From Dicyema japonicum (Eukaryota > Animalia > Dicyemida): a stretch of DNA of 64,000 bases. The notes below the pieces were generated by a model. The model was not told where the DNA came from and made no database searches. It saw nothing but the letters and a program-made list of their open reading frames with translations. The DNA is taken from contig RDEW01000037.1 in NCBI GenBank assembly GCA_011109175.1, forward strand, positions 40,635 to 104,634, read 5' to 3'. This document shows, one piece after another, positions 1-12,300 of the stretch. How positions within the stretch are numbered: position 1 is the stretch's first letter; each line of letters opens with the position of its first letter. The position numbers and the translations under genes are program-made.

Positions 1-1200
1 TGGCCACTTCCTTTAATATGGAAGAAAGCTGTTGTGAGGATGATTCCAAAACCAAAGATGCCAAAGAGAGATCCGGCAAGCTACCAATTAGTTTAATATG
101 TTCTTTCGCAAAAGTGATCGAACGTATCATTTTCAAAAAGCTATGAAGACATATAGAAGAGAATGACTTTCTGATTCCGGATCAGTGGAGTTTTCGTCCC
201 GAAAGTAGCTGTGCAAACCTTTTCTTTCTATTGGATTCTGAAATCATGAAAGAAGGGATTCAAAAAGGCAAATAAACTTATTATGACTTGATATCTCGAA
301 AGCATTCGACAGTGTATGAAGCGTTGTTAAAGCAGCTTGTATCAGCATGTGTTCCAAGATACCTATTTGTTTGGCTAAGAAATTATCTTCAGGAAAGACA
401 ATCTTTTGTGAAGGTGTGTGGATATATATCCGATGCAGTATCATTCAAAAGGGGAGTACCACAAAGTTCAGTATTGAGCCCTATTTTGTTTAATATATTC
501 ATTGCGAGTTTTCCACGTCAGAGGAATATTAATAGTAGTCTTCTTATTTATGCGAATGACGTAATCGTGGTGGACACATCTCTAAAATCTTCTATATCTG
601 AAGGAAGAATCCGGGAGTATGTCGACCAGATTGAGCATTGGTGCAACTTGAGAGGGCTAAAGCTCTCTGCTGAAAAATCTTGCGCACTCCGAATAAGCAG
701 TTTGAAAAAGCACCTGAAACAAGAATACACACTGGGAGTAAACAATTCACACAGTCTGCGCTACCTGGGGGTCGACTATGGACACGCAGGAGATTACATG
801 GACGACATAAAGGGGAGGAGAAAGAGAGCCTTTCAGTCGCTCCTATGTACACGGAAGTTACACGTTAGCCGTGACACTTACCTGTTTATCTTCAAGGGAG
901 TTATTCTCCCTAGCCTACTTTATGGGTGCGAGGGGTGGTTCTTCTCTCCGAAGAGGGACAAGATCTTATCCCTCCTAGAGAAGACTAGAAGAGCTGCAAT
1001 TAAGCTCTCCTTAAACAAGAAACTGAAAGACTGTCTAAACGAGGACGAAAACAAGCTCCTGGAACCGATTAGCAAGATTGTGGAGGATCGGATCAATGGT
1101 TTCAGGAGGAGATCAAAGGTCCAGGACACATATATAAAGGTGGGAGAATAAAGATTAAAAAGCTGGGAGAAACGTTCCGAAAAAGATTAATAATAAAAAA
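1..1200 (+). mobile_element. APE-type non-LTR retrotransposon, RT and C-terminal part, decayed
   Basis: WKKAVVRMIPKP..SY.PISL upstream; ORF 288-1151 has GVPQSSVLSPILF, YANDV (degenerate YADD), YLGV; A-rich tail near 1190-1200. Confidence 0.85.
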
Positions 1201-1339
1201 AGAGGAAGGGTCCAGGTGTGGAGTCCAAGCCTTATGGTAGGACTCAGATGTAATACCCTCCAGAAATCTCCTTAACTCTTTTGTCAATAAATCCTTGTTG
1301 TTGTTGGAACGATTGAAAAAAACGTGGTTGTTGTGTGGT

Positions 1340-2030
1340 GGCACCTACTATTCTGAAGAAGAAATACCTCTAGTTTTTAAGACACAGCTCAAAAAGATAT
1401 TTTATGTGGACGATGATGTCATTTCGGAGAAGACTTGTTACGAACTATTGTCAGAGAAAACAGCCTTTATAGAGATCTCTCTATAAGAGCTGAAGATAAC
1501 AATGAGAGCTGTCAAGAATCAAAGCTAGGATGTTCAAAGAAGCCCCAGAAATTTTATTCAAAGTTCTCAAAGATATGTTCAACGCATGCATAACAATTGG
1601 TCATGTTCCACAGGAATGGAAGAAAACTATTGTACGGATGGTAGCGAAGACAGGAAGACCGAAAAATGATCCTGATAGCTACCGTCCGAATCGGTCAATC
1701 TCAAAAATCATGAAAAAATTGTCTTCCGGAGGCTTACAAATCAGCTGGAAAAAGAAGATTACTTCAGAAATGATCAATTTGGTTTTCGCCCAGGACGGTC
1801 ATGCGGTGATTGCTTATTTCATCTCAACTCGAGTTATGCAAAGCCAGAGAATCCAGATGTCTCCTGAATGTCATGTCTCGACATATAAAAAGCAGTGTTA
1901 ACCACAGATCCATAATCGATCAGTTATCTCGGACGGAGAGTCCAAAGGAACTAGTGAATTGGGTGAAAGTATACCTAAAAGGAAGAAAATCCTATGTTAG
2001 ATGCGAACGCTATTTTTCGAATATGATATT
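1340..2030 (+). mobile_element. LINE RT fragment, same family as 6540-9440
   Basis: Nucleotide match to the reverse complement of ~6700-7430 (e.g. gaagaagaaatacctctagttttt); WKKTIVRM..K.GRPKNDPDSYRP. Confidence 0.8.
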
Positions 2031-2040
2031 ATGATATTAT

Positions 2041-2230
2041 CAGGATTGCCCTACACAAAAGGCTCGACGAGAAGCTAGATGAAGATGAAAATTTGCTAGT
2101 AATGTCGATAAGAGATGCAGCAGAAAAAGAATGGAAAATTACCTGAAAAAAGATGCCATCATTGATTCGTATGTTGCAGCACAGAATAAACGATAAGAGG
2201 GGTCTGAGAGCGCAGAGAAGAGTCCAAGCG
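2041..2230 (+). mobile_element. LINE 3' fragment related to 3745-4200
   Basis: Shared string acacaaaaggctcgacgagaagctagatgaagatgaaaat in opposite orientation. Confidence 0.7.
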
Positions 2231-2444
2231 TTTGCAGGACTTGCGGCATGAGGTCAACTAACTCCCTGTTTAATTATTCCTTCCTAATAAAGTTGTTAAA
2301 GTTAAAAGGGACGATTGCCATTTTGTTTGATTGGTTTTTTAAATCAATACATTGAATATCGATTTTTGAACGGCTCGTATTCAACCGTATCTCATTCTGA
2401 ACCGGTCACAATAAATTAAATTTAATAAATTTTATACGAATATT

Positions 2445-2770
2445 TTTAAATCGGTTCAGACACCTGGAGCAGCTGCTTCGACTGCGGAGAACCTAAAAAT
2501 CAAGAAATATTCTTGCTTCGGGGATCGCTACCGATTTACTCCTGTTGCGACCGAATCATCGGGAGCCGTTGGTCCAATGACGGCTGAGTTCTTGCGAGAA
2601 CTCGGAGGATTGCTTGCCAGAAAGAATAAGGATACACGAGAAGGGTTATGGCTAAGACAAAAAATTGGAACAGGCATACTCCGAGGGAACTCGTTCGCAA
2701 TCCACGCAGCAGGCTTCCTCAACTGACATTTGTTTAATTGTTAAAAAAATTATTCTTTAAAAAAAATTAA
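2445..2770 (+). mobile_element. CRE-like family 1, 3' fragment (end of RLE domain plus 3' UTR)
   Basis: Near-identical to 44190-44500; encodes KKYSC.GDRYRFTPVATESSG...RGNSFAI. Confidence 0.9.
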
Positions 2771-2872
2771 TAAAGTTAATGATACACGTTCAAAAAAATT
2801 TTTTATTAATGGAAATAATTTTTTTTTAAACAATAACAATTTATTGAAGAATGAAACCAAATAGTTAAAGGC

Positions 2873-3115
2873 TACTGGCTGCTCTCAGCATTGAGAGCGC
2901 ATTTCCCCTTACGATCTGTAAGGGGATGCCCTCATCAAACAAAACTCCGGCATGCGGGAAGGTGGCCCTGCAAATACAGTCAGCCGCCCTGTACGAGTTT
3001 TTGTGGGTACGAGGGAGGAGCACCGGGAAAGAATGAGGATTTTGGCGGAGCGCATCGGGATCACGTGATAGTTAATTTTGGTTTTACCGTGGTCTTGGGT
3101 GTTAAATAAATAAAT
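2873..3115 (+). mobile_element. LINE 3' end with gggatcac...gtggtctt stem and taaa tail
   Basis: GC-rich segment ending gggtgttaaataaataaa, resembling the tails at 6170-6232 and 47141-47216. Confidence 0.5.
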
Positions 3116-3244
3116 CTTCGCATTCACTTATTATGTCGCGAGCCACAGACGTTACCTTTGACAAATGAAATCAATGTCAACCATTGTCAAAAAATAAAAT
3201 AATCAATTATTTCAAAGAAAACATTAACTAATTATTGATAACTA

Positions 3245-3712
3245 TCTTTTTAAGGCGTTTAGAATGCACCTTCCTCACAATTCTCTCACTATCTTTAACG
3301 TTGACAAAATTGTTAGAAAATTTTTCAACAATAGTGGCAGCATCTCCGTATGGATGCTCAAACCTTTGCAGACGTAGTGAAGGATTAGTTCCATAGTCCT
3401 TCTGAATACGAACCTTTTAAGTAATTTGAATACACCATCTCCAATGTTAAATTCATATTTCGATCGATGCACTCCCATCTTTTTATTCATTCTTTTATAA
3501 TAAAGAGAATTCAGGTCTACCCGAGGAAAATCAAATTTGTAATCACCTTTTGATAATTATAGACAAAAAACCTTTACCGTCTGGCTCTGTTGATTCAGCA
3601 ATATTATGCACACTTTAAAGGTTTTCTTCACCGTCTGTCTCCGTTACAGTATTTTTCTCAATGGTGTTGTAGCCCGGAATCCCTCGATATCTCTGAAACG
3701 GACTAACACCTA
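3245..3712 (-). mobile_element. Integrase-type (Ginger/Gypsy-like) C-terminal fragment
   Basis: Minus strand VGVSPFQRYRGIPGYN ... YEFNIGD ... KDYGTNP ... VHSKRLKKI resembles the region after an rve core; recognition by eye. Confidence 0.4.
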
Positions 3713-3744
3713 CAAAAAAATAAAAGCACAAATTTACCTGTATG

Positions 3745-4200
3745 AGTGAGGCGTTTGATTGTATAAAAAACACAGACCCCTCTTATCGTTTATTTTGTGC
3801 TGCAACATACGAGTCAATGATGGCATCTCTTTTTTGGAAGTTTGTCATCATTTTTTCTGCTGCATCACTGATCGATTTTCATCTTCATCTAGCTTCTCGT
3901 CGAGCCTTTTGTGTAAGGCAATCTTGATCCCTGCTCTCCTCGATTTTTCAAGAAGCAAGATAAAATGCTCTCTGTATGCAGTATAATACCATCCTTCCAG
4001 TCCATAAAGGAGTGATGGAATGATCGTACGTGAAAAAATAAATAAAAACATATCCGTTTCGAGTCTCAATTTCCTCATACAAAATATCGCATGGTGGGCT
4101 TTCTTCCTTTTTAGTTAAAAATCGCACAATGTGGTCCCAGATTCTCTAAAGATGTTCCGAAATACTTAAGGGAGCTCACAATGTTGATTCCGCATACGGA
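3745..4200 (-). mobile_element. LINE RT C-terminal fragment
   Basis: FIFSRTIIPSLLYGLEGW, homologous to FIFKGVILPSLLYGCEGW in ORF 288-1151. Confidence 0.75.
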
Positions 4201-4328
4201 GTTATTCTGATTTCTTTTACCATTCCGACCGAAAAACCTTATTGCACTAGATTTTTCTGTACTTTTGCAATACATACTTCACGAAATAAGGCTCTAAATA
4301 AATAAAAACGATACCGACAAGTGATTAT

Positions 4329-4657
4329 ATAGCCGCGTGGCGCTGCGTGGTTAATTAATTGAAGTTTTCTGCTTGCTTGTCTGTTCCTCTTCTCTCTCCT
4401 ATTAGAGTGACGACATGTGATCCACCTGTCTAGGTGACGCCCAGTGCCAGGGCGGCACGAAAAGGGATCATTTGTTCTTCACTCCACTGGAGGGGCTTCC
4501 ACAACTGCATGTAATAAACGTCTTACTTTTTATGCTGATTCCGGATAGACTCTGTTTCTGTAGAAGTGGAAACTGGATACACTTAATTAGTTGTTTACTT
4601 TAACTTCTTTCTTGGTGTATCCGGGGTTAATAAATAAAATTAAAAAAAATTAAAATT
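4329..4657 (+). mobile_element. SINE family S2, copy 1, with 16-bp TSD
   Basis: Head atagccgcgtggc; homolog at 30589-30900; aaaacgataccgacaa at 4305-4320 and 4658-4673; A-rich tail. Confidence 0.8.
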
Positions 4658-5074
4658 AAAACGATACCGACAAAGTCAAAGCTGAGCTATTAACGACCCC
4701 TACCTAAGAGCTTCATATAGATGCTTATAATCATTCCCTTAGCGAAAAAAGATGCTTATAATCATTCCAAGATTACTCTCTTATTACACCGTTTCTGACG
4801 AACTATAAGTTAGACACCCGTTTTTATCGCTCACTCATGTTGTATTCTCCCGCTGATGGAGAAAGGTCATCAAATGTCTTTTAAGGCAATTCTTTTCTGT
4901 CGGGAAGATTCCATGAATCCATTTCAGAATGTAGTAGTTCGTAGTCTTTCAGTTTTGAATATTTTCGCATAACAACCATATCACTCATCCCCACAATCCG
5001 GTAAAAAAATCAAAATTTTATTTAAAAAAATTTATAATAATATTTACAAATTGGCATTGTTCATTTTTTTATTT

Positions 5075-5250
5075 TTAGACCTAATATTGAAAGAATAACT
5101 CTTCCGGAAGTCCTTAATGGTGACCTGAGATCAGTAACCAGACTACTAAAGGACGGTGAAGACCTTAGTAGTCTGCGGCACTTGGCATCGGACAGGAGGG
5201 GATGGGAAAGGCTAATTAAGAGGATTGTTCAGACGCGGCACGAATAGAAT
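5075..5250 (+). mobile_element. RTE-clade LINE 3' end
   Basis: RITLPEVLNGDLRSV..LKDGEDLSSLRHLASDRRGWERL, homologous to C-termini at 27548-27823 and 37708-37950. Confidence 0.65.
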
Positions 5251-5341
5251 TATAGTTTATATGATTCTATGTAGTTGCTTATAATAATAATAATATTGAA
5301 AAAAAATTCATTAATTCATTTAGAGCCTTATTTCGTGAAGT

Positions 5342-6447
5342 TAGCAAATTTCGTAAGTGGACGCCGAGGGAAAGTGTCCGTCGGAAGCAAGAGTTCCAGA
5401 TCGGGATTATTACCCAATGGTGTACCCCAAGGATCTCCTCTGTCACCAATCCTTTTTAATTTGTTTTTGAGTATCTCCCCGTACCTATGAATAATAATGG
5501 CATGTTACTTTCTTATGCCGATGACATAGTTGTCGCATCTAGAGACGTAAATGTCGAACATGCTAAAGAAAGACTAAAGGAATACTAAATAACATATTTG
5601 GATGGTTGTGCGAAAATCGATTAAATGCATGTTCCGAAAAGTCAGCAGTCACTCTATTTACTAAGAATAGAAAGATGGGAACGCAAACAATTGATGTCAC
5701 GTTAAATGGAGTACCTATACCACAAAAGAAATCGCAGAAGATACTGGGAGTAACTTTTGATACTTTCCTCTGCTTCTCAGCCCATGTGGAATCCATCATA
5801 TCAACCTGTGCAAAGAAGATAAATTTTGTAAAGGCCTTCTTTTGGAACTGTGGAGGAATTTATCCTCCAGGTATCTGGACCCTCTACAAGCAGTATGTCG
5901 AGCCAACAATAGGCTATGCATGTGCTGCATGGGGATCTAACCTGTCGGCAACGAACCTAACAAAAATTCAAGAGATCCAGTCAAGAGCAAAAAAATTACT
6001 GGAAAAGTATACAGATAAAGAAATTGCCCCCAGAGCACTCGAGTCTATCATAGAAACAACTGGAGGAAATTTCAGAAGAGAAAAGGAAAAAGACCCCTGT
6101 CCGTATAGAAAATGAGTGGGATCACGGTCGGAGCATCGAGAAAAAGTGGCCCGATTATTGAGAGATGCCGGGATCACATGAATGTTAGTTATTGGTTAAG
6201 ATGGTGTTTCTTTGGGTTAAATAATAATAAATAATTGTCCGTGTCATAAGATTTCCTTCAGTTTGAACGTTAAACTATCAGTTTTTCCCCTATTGACTTT
6301 ACGTCCTCTCAACGGATTTCCAAAATTCAATTATTTATCATTACTGGAGATTTGAACGTGAAGCATTATTGAGAGATGCCGAGATCACCTGAATATTAGT
6401 TATTGGTTAAGACGGTGTTCCTTTGGCTTAAATAATAATAAAAAAAT
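5342..6447 (+). mobile_element. 5'-truncated LINE RT plus 3' tail and flank; duplicate of 28696-29769
   Basis: NGVPQGSPLSPILFNLF, SYADD, KILGVTFD; near-identical to 28748-29769 including shared stops; extra tail copy at 6366-6447. Confidence 0.9.
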
Positions 6448-6539
6448 GTATTGAAAAAGAACCGATTTTTCTTCTGACGGTTTTAACCCATGAAGACCGC
6501 ATCAGTCTTTTATATTTTCCATGTGCATATTGAGTCTCC

Positions 6540-9440
6540 TCTCTGAGATCATGCTCGATCTCTACATATCAGACAGTAGCACGTCGTCTGCGTATATCAG
6601 AGATCTCGTACTCGGTGAGACGGAGACGGGAAACCGGCCATTAGAATATTAAACAATAGAGGGCTCAAAATTGATCCTTGTGGGACTCCTCTCTTCAATA
6701 ATATCATATTTGAAAAATAGCGTCCGCATCTAACATAGGATTTTCTTCCTTCTAGGTACACTTTCACCCAATTCACTAGTTCCTTTGGGCTTCCCATCCG
6801 AGATATCTGACCGATTATGACTTTGTGGTTAACACTGTCAAATGCTTTTGATATGTCGAGACATCTGACATTCAGGAAACATATGGATTCTCTGTTTTAC
6901 ATAACTTGGAGTTGAGATAAAATAAGCAATCATGCATGACCGTCCTGGGCGAAAACCAAATTGATCATTTCTGAAGTAGTCTTCTTTTTTCAGCTGATTT
7001 GTAAGCCTCCAGAAGACAATTTTTTCAATAATTTTTGAAATTGACCGAATCAGGCAGATCGGGCGGTAGTTAGCAGGATCATTCTTCAGTCTCCCTGTCT
7101 TCGATATCATCAGTACAATAGTCTTATTCCATTCTGTGGAACATGACTAATTTTTATGCTTGCGTTGAAATATCTTTGAGAACTTCGAATAAAATTTTGG
7201 GCCTTCTTCGAACATCGTAGCTTTGGTAAAATCACTGCCCGGAGCTTTATTCTTGACAGCTTTATTGCTATCTACAGCTCTTCTAGAGAGATTTCTATAA
7301 ATGCTGTTTTCTCTGACAATGGTTCGTAACAAGTCTTTCCGATGACATCATCGTCCACTCAAATATCTTTTTAGTTGTGTTTCAAAAACTAGAGGTATTT
7401 CTTCTTCAGCATTGTAAGTGCCATCTGGTTTCTTGAGCATAATCTTGTTTGCGATTGACTCTGGGTTTCTCACTCTTCGGTATACCATCCAGAAAGAGGG
7501 ATTATGTGTGTGTTTAGCTTTCGTAGTTGAGAGTTCCACTTATTCTCATTCCAACTTTTGAATTTTTCCGACAACTGCTTTGTAGTTCGCTGATTTTATG
7601 AGACAAGGCTAAGCGGTCCTGTAGGTCTACGTATCTCCTCAGTTTAGTTCTTAGATTATTTATTTTCAATACATCTTGATGTGCCATGGAATAGGGACAA
7701 CATTATCGTTTCTTTAGTATATTTTTCTAGAAAAGTAATCCAGATAGTATAAGATTAGATCCGTTACTCGTTTACTTGTTTTATCAATTTCCAGACGAGT
7801 CTTGAGCTCGGTATGCCCTAACATAAATTCCTTTGCAATGAACATCCTATAGTGATTCCAGTTTAGATTCTTGGTATCGTAACCGACAAAGACTCCAGGT
7901 TCATTAATCATTTTCATATTAACGGATATTAGCAATGGAATGTGGTCACTGCCAATATTCGGAAGAGTAATTGGTACGTCGGCGTATTCTGAAATAGCAG
8001 GGGAAATCAAGAAGACGCCAAGCTTGTCACCTCCGTAGGGAGAGAAATAGTTATCTCTTTCGATGTAAGGACTTTTACTCCTAGGCCTGTAGATAGTTTC
8101 ATCATGAGCTTGCCATCCCTGTTACTCTTCTTGCAGCCAAAGGATGTGTCTTGAAGTTGAGATCACCTCCCAGTATAGCCATCGGGTTTTCACTTAAGAA
8201 CTTTATTTGACAGACGATATGATATTTCTTATATACTCGGACAGTGAGGTCGCCAGGTGGAATTTCCCACTAAGCTGTGGACCGTAGAGTATCAATTCCT
8301 ACTTTTAGTGATCTCATCCATATAACGTGCGATCAGTTTGTTTGAAATTAGCAAGTCAAAAGCAATCTCGTCCGTTGCCTTTTGTTTTGATCCCTTCAAC
8401 AGAATGGAGATACTGTCGTGGAAGCCGGAGAAATAAAAACAAGGGGAGGAGACGGGGATGTTCTTATCTTTAATAAGGAAATTATGTAGACCGACAAGCC
8501 ATGACTATTCTCCAACGATCAGGCGTGGATACTTTCAGGACCAATCCCTATATTCGATCTTGAGTCAATCAAATTAATAAATTTCTTTCCTTTCGTTTTT
8601 TTGAGGAGATAAAATGACATCATTATTTCTTCCCACTCATTCCCTTGACTTGCTCGCAAATTTACTAATTAATCAACATTAAACTTAGTTTGTAGTCATC
8701 CGTAAAGATCCCACTCCACTCAGTCTCCTTTTAGATATGACAGTTGACTGATGGCTTTTCTGGATATCTCGAGCTTGCTATCCAGTTCTTTTATTAAATT
8801 TCTCTGAGCGACAATCTCAAGCTGTAAGTCAGCCACAGAAGCTGCCTTTTCCTTCAATAGCTTACAGAGATCACTGATGTCTCCCACAGAGTTGTTAGAT
8901 TTAGTCTATAACATCCAATCATCACGTGAAAGGCGCTTTTTGAATTATTTCATTGAAGCTAGGTTTTCTTTGGAAGATCTTGGTTTAAATATCCGTTTGA
9001 ATGAATTTCTTATCTAAAATTATTATTGTGGGTACTAAAGTCTTATGTTTTCGTGATTCCCCTTCAGATATATTTTCATGAATATCAATTGACTGGAGAT
9101 GTTGTTCATTGATTGAACTCCGCGAACTGAGTTTACATAAATTCTCACACATTTTTGGATTTTTTTGATATCAGAAAGGTTGAGAAAGACAGATATCTAC
9201 TTCATATGCCGATCCTATATAAATTGACTTATAACCTTTTTAGTGATCTCTCTAGTAGCAGTGTCCAGTTTATCTGTCAAAAATGACAACATTTCTGCCA
9301 AAGACTTTGAGATTTTCTTATTTTACATTAACTAGATTACAGTTTCTTCCAATTCCCTTGCAATTTGAAATTTGTAGTTTTTGTCTCTTCCAGATCTGGA
9401 CACACTGAGTGACCTAGCTAAGAAAAGAAGAGCTAGGAGC
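6540..9440 (-). mobile_element. APE-RT LINE, long decayed copy with probable coiled-coil ORF1 (~8640-9440)
   Basis: RGVPQGSILSPLLFNI, YADD near 6590, NYRPICLI, APE motif GSDHIP; upstream coiled-coil-like reading frame. Confidence 0.8.
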
Positions 9441-9507
9441 AAGCTAACTAATTCTCTTATATTTTTTTGCTACACATGTGGGGTCTCGTGAAAGTGCTAA
9501 TAATAAA
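9432..9507 (+). mobile_element. RTE 3' tail remnant
   Basis: ctaactaattctcttatattttt...ctcgtgaaagtgctaataataa matches the reverse complement of 27470-27550. Confidence 0.7.
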
Positions 9508-9717
9508 TTAACAATGTAGGTAATTTAACCAAAAGTTTACAATTAAATGAGTACAGTGTGTGTCATAAGTGACCCTCCAGTGGATTAGGTCGTTTCCTGA
9601 GAATGGCGGATTAATGACGCCTCTTAATAAGAAAGCACAGAACATAAAGGAAACCATTACCCTAATAAATTGATGATTGAATAAATAAGTGATAATTATT
9701 AAATTATAAACTAATAA

Positions 9718-10845
9718 TTATTGTCGATTCCTCGAATCATCCCCAATGTATGGGTTAGTTCTTCTCTGTTCCATTTTAAAAGGATTTGTGACAATCTCAT
9801 ACGAAGGGGGTTTATGGAAGTTTATTGATTGATTATTGAGTATTGAATGAGTATTTGCGATACATGTTGACTGGTCATTGAGTAGTGGAGGTGTATTTGC
9901 AGGAAATAATGACTGGTCATTGAGTAGTGGAGGTGTATTTGCAGGAAATAATGACTGGTCATTGAATAGTGGAGGTGTATTCACAGGAAATAATGATTGG
10001 TGATTGAGTAGTGGAGGTGTATTTGCAGGAAATAATAACTGGTTATTGAATAGTGGAGGTGTATTTACAGGAAATAATGATTGGTCAGGTGTATTTGAGT
10101 GGTCATTCCATAATGGTTGATCATTCCAAAGAGGATCAGTTTGTTCATTAACTATAACAGCATCTGATAAATCAATGAGTGTTGATGTCTTTTCATACTC
10201 AGATTTAGAAATAGCAATAGCTTTGTCCAACATTTTATTTTCCTCATCCAAAGCAGCCTCATATTGTTTGGCCTCATTAATACTAATCTCCATAACCATT
10301 TGTATTTGTTTTTCCTCCTCTTCCACCGATGAAGGAACTGATAACTTTGATACATTCATCTTGGAAATACGAGAGTTATTACTAGCAACAGTCTTTCTTG
10401 TATTTATGGCATTTGAACGTACGTCCATCAATTTATCAGTGTTCTTTAGTAGGGAACAAAGGTAGTACACTTTGGACTTGATATCAAATCCTTTCTCACT
10501 TGCAGTCTCCAAATTCCACGGAGAAACCAAATCCTCTATTTGACTAAGGTTCTCGATACATCGACTTGCCACAAACTGAGACCCTGTAAGAACAATATAT
10601 GTTAACAAATTCAGAGTTTTGTTGATTCTATGCCAATTCTTGTTATCATCTGTTATTATTTTCCATACTTTTGACATTATTACATCCAATAAGGCAGAGT
10701 CATCTGTCATATCGGCAATTTCTGACATTAGTGAACTAGAGGCCATCCACGGATCTTTAGAAGTTGCCTCTCTCATCTTTACCTTCGCATTGTTTACCTT
10801 TGAATTTCCTGACAATAATGATGTTTTGCGAAGAAGGCTACTCAT
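9718..10845 (-). CDS. Epsin family endocytic adaptor (ENTH, 2 UIM-like motifs, NPF), intronless
   Basis: REATSKDPW.ASSSLMSEIADMT and KNWHRINKTLNLLTY (ENTH); EEEEKQIQMVMEIS and DEENKMLDKAIAISKSE (UIM); TNPF near the C-terminus; Met10 of the listed ORF aligns with the epsin start. Confidence 0.92.
   Translation of the reverse strand: MSSLLRKTSLLSGNSKVNNAKVKMREATSKDPWMASSSLMSEIADMTDDSALLDVIMSKVWKIITDDNKNWHRINKTLNLLTYIVLTGSQFVASRCIENLSQIEDLVSPWNLETASEKGFDIKSKVYYLCSLLKNTDKLMDVRSNAINTRKTVASNNSRISKMNVSKLSVPSSVEEEEKQIQMVMEISINEAKQYEAALDEENKMLDKAIAISKSEYEKTSTLIDLSDAVIVNEQTDPLWNDQPLWNDHSNTPDQSLFPVNTPPLFNNQLLFPANTPPLLNHQSLFPVNTPPLFNDQSLFPANTPPLLNDQSLFPANTPPLLNDQSTCIANTHSILNNQSINFHKPPSYEIVTNPFKMEQRRTNPYIGDDSRNRQ
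9870..10095. repeat. 42-bp coding tandem repeat (~5 copies) in epsin
   Basis: gactggtcattgagtagtggaggtgtatttgcaggaaataat units, encoding NTPPL(L/F)N(D/H/N)QSLFP(A/V). Confidence 0.9.
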
Positions 10846-10941
10846 AGTTAACAAACAAAACAAGTATTTCAATCAATATTTAAATTATTATTTAAATACA
10901 GAATATCAATTATTAGAATATTTTATATAAAATTATATTTT

Positions 10942-10970
10942 ATAGCCCGGTGGTATAGTGGTTAGGTGTC
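10942..10970 (+). mobile_element. Isolated tRNA-derived SINE head (A box)
   Basis: atagcccggtggtatagtggttaggtgtc matches the S1 head atagccgggtggcatagtggttaggtgtt. Confidence 0.65.
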
Positions 10971-10989
10971 GAGAGTCTGCCGTTATTAT

Positions 10990-12300
10990 AATATGAATGA
11001 TAGAGTCGGGGTGTTGCATCTGAAACTGGATGACCTCAACTCGTCGAAGAAATACCTAACAATAATAAACGTTTACACCCCTCACAGTGGATGGCTTAAT
11101 AAAAACCCTGAGGAGATTGATGACTTTACACCAGTCCTTCTGCCGTCTTCTCCAAGTATGCTTTCTCAACATTAGTAATGATCGCAAGAGACCTAAATTC
11201 GAAAGCTGGAACCCAGGTTACGACCGATGAGATATTTATGGGAAGGCATGGTAGGGGGAAAAGAAATCTCCCGGGAACCCTACTAGCTAACTTCTGTCAA
11301 ACGAACAACCTATTTTTATGTAATACAGCCTTCATGCATCCAGCCAGACATAAATCTACGTGGTCGGGACACAGAAGGGCGAGTGATAAATATGTACAAC
11401 CAGATCGACTATATCATATGCAGGCAAAAAGATCGAGGGATTATACTTGATGCACGAGCTTATGGTGGATCGATTATCGACAGCGACCACAAAATGGTTA
11501 TTGCTAGATTTTCTCCTAAGAGATTTATGGTACTACAAAGAACGAAATGGAAGAACATTGAAACCACAGAACCCAACTCTAGACGTTAAAACTTGGAATC
11601 TTAATTGGACAATCAGAAGGGGCCATAGCATTCAAAGAATATTTGGATGCAGAACTAGAAAACATGCCTACAGATTTGCCGCACGGAAAATCCTGGGATT
11701 TTGTAAAGCAGTCAATACAAAAAGGAGTAAATCTGCATCTATTGAAAGAAAATGAGAAAATCGCACAATGACATGTACACGGTGAAGGACCTTGCCAATA
11801 AACAGAAGACCATATGGATGCTATATCAAAATACTGACGATTCGAACGTAAAATCAAATTTGCGGCTAGAAAGAAAAACTATCAATGCAAAAATAAGAAA
11901 AACTATACGGCAGAATAACAGAAATAGAGCACTGGACCAGATTAAGAAGATATAATCTCTCAAGGACAACGCTAAATTCTACGAGGATGTTAAACATATA
12001 AAAGGAAAGAGACCCCATCAACCGATAATGATAAGAGATGACAAAGGAACGCAGGTTGTGGACCAAAGGGAAGTGGCGGAAATTATCGCTGCCCATTTTG
12101 GAAAACTTTTCAATCCAAGAACGACACTATCATCCTAGAACGAGAAAAATTGGATGAAGAAATCTCACAATATGAAATTGAACTCACGAGTTCCAAGTTG
12201 AAAAACAACAGGACTCCTGGCCCTGACGGTCTCGGTGGCGAATTCTTCAAATATGGAACCCAAAAGCTGTATGAATGCATCGCTAGGATTCTGAATGAAT
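10990..12300 (+). mobile_element. RTE-clade LINE, APE domain to start of RT, decayed
   Basis: TIINVYTPH, DLNSKAG, GRGKRN, NQIDYII, DSDHKMV, then NNRTPGPDG. Confidence 0.85.
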
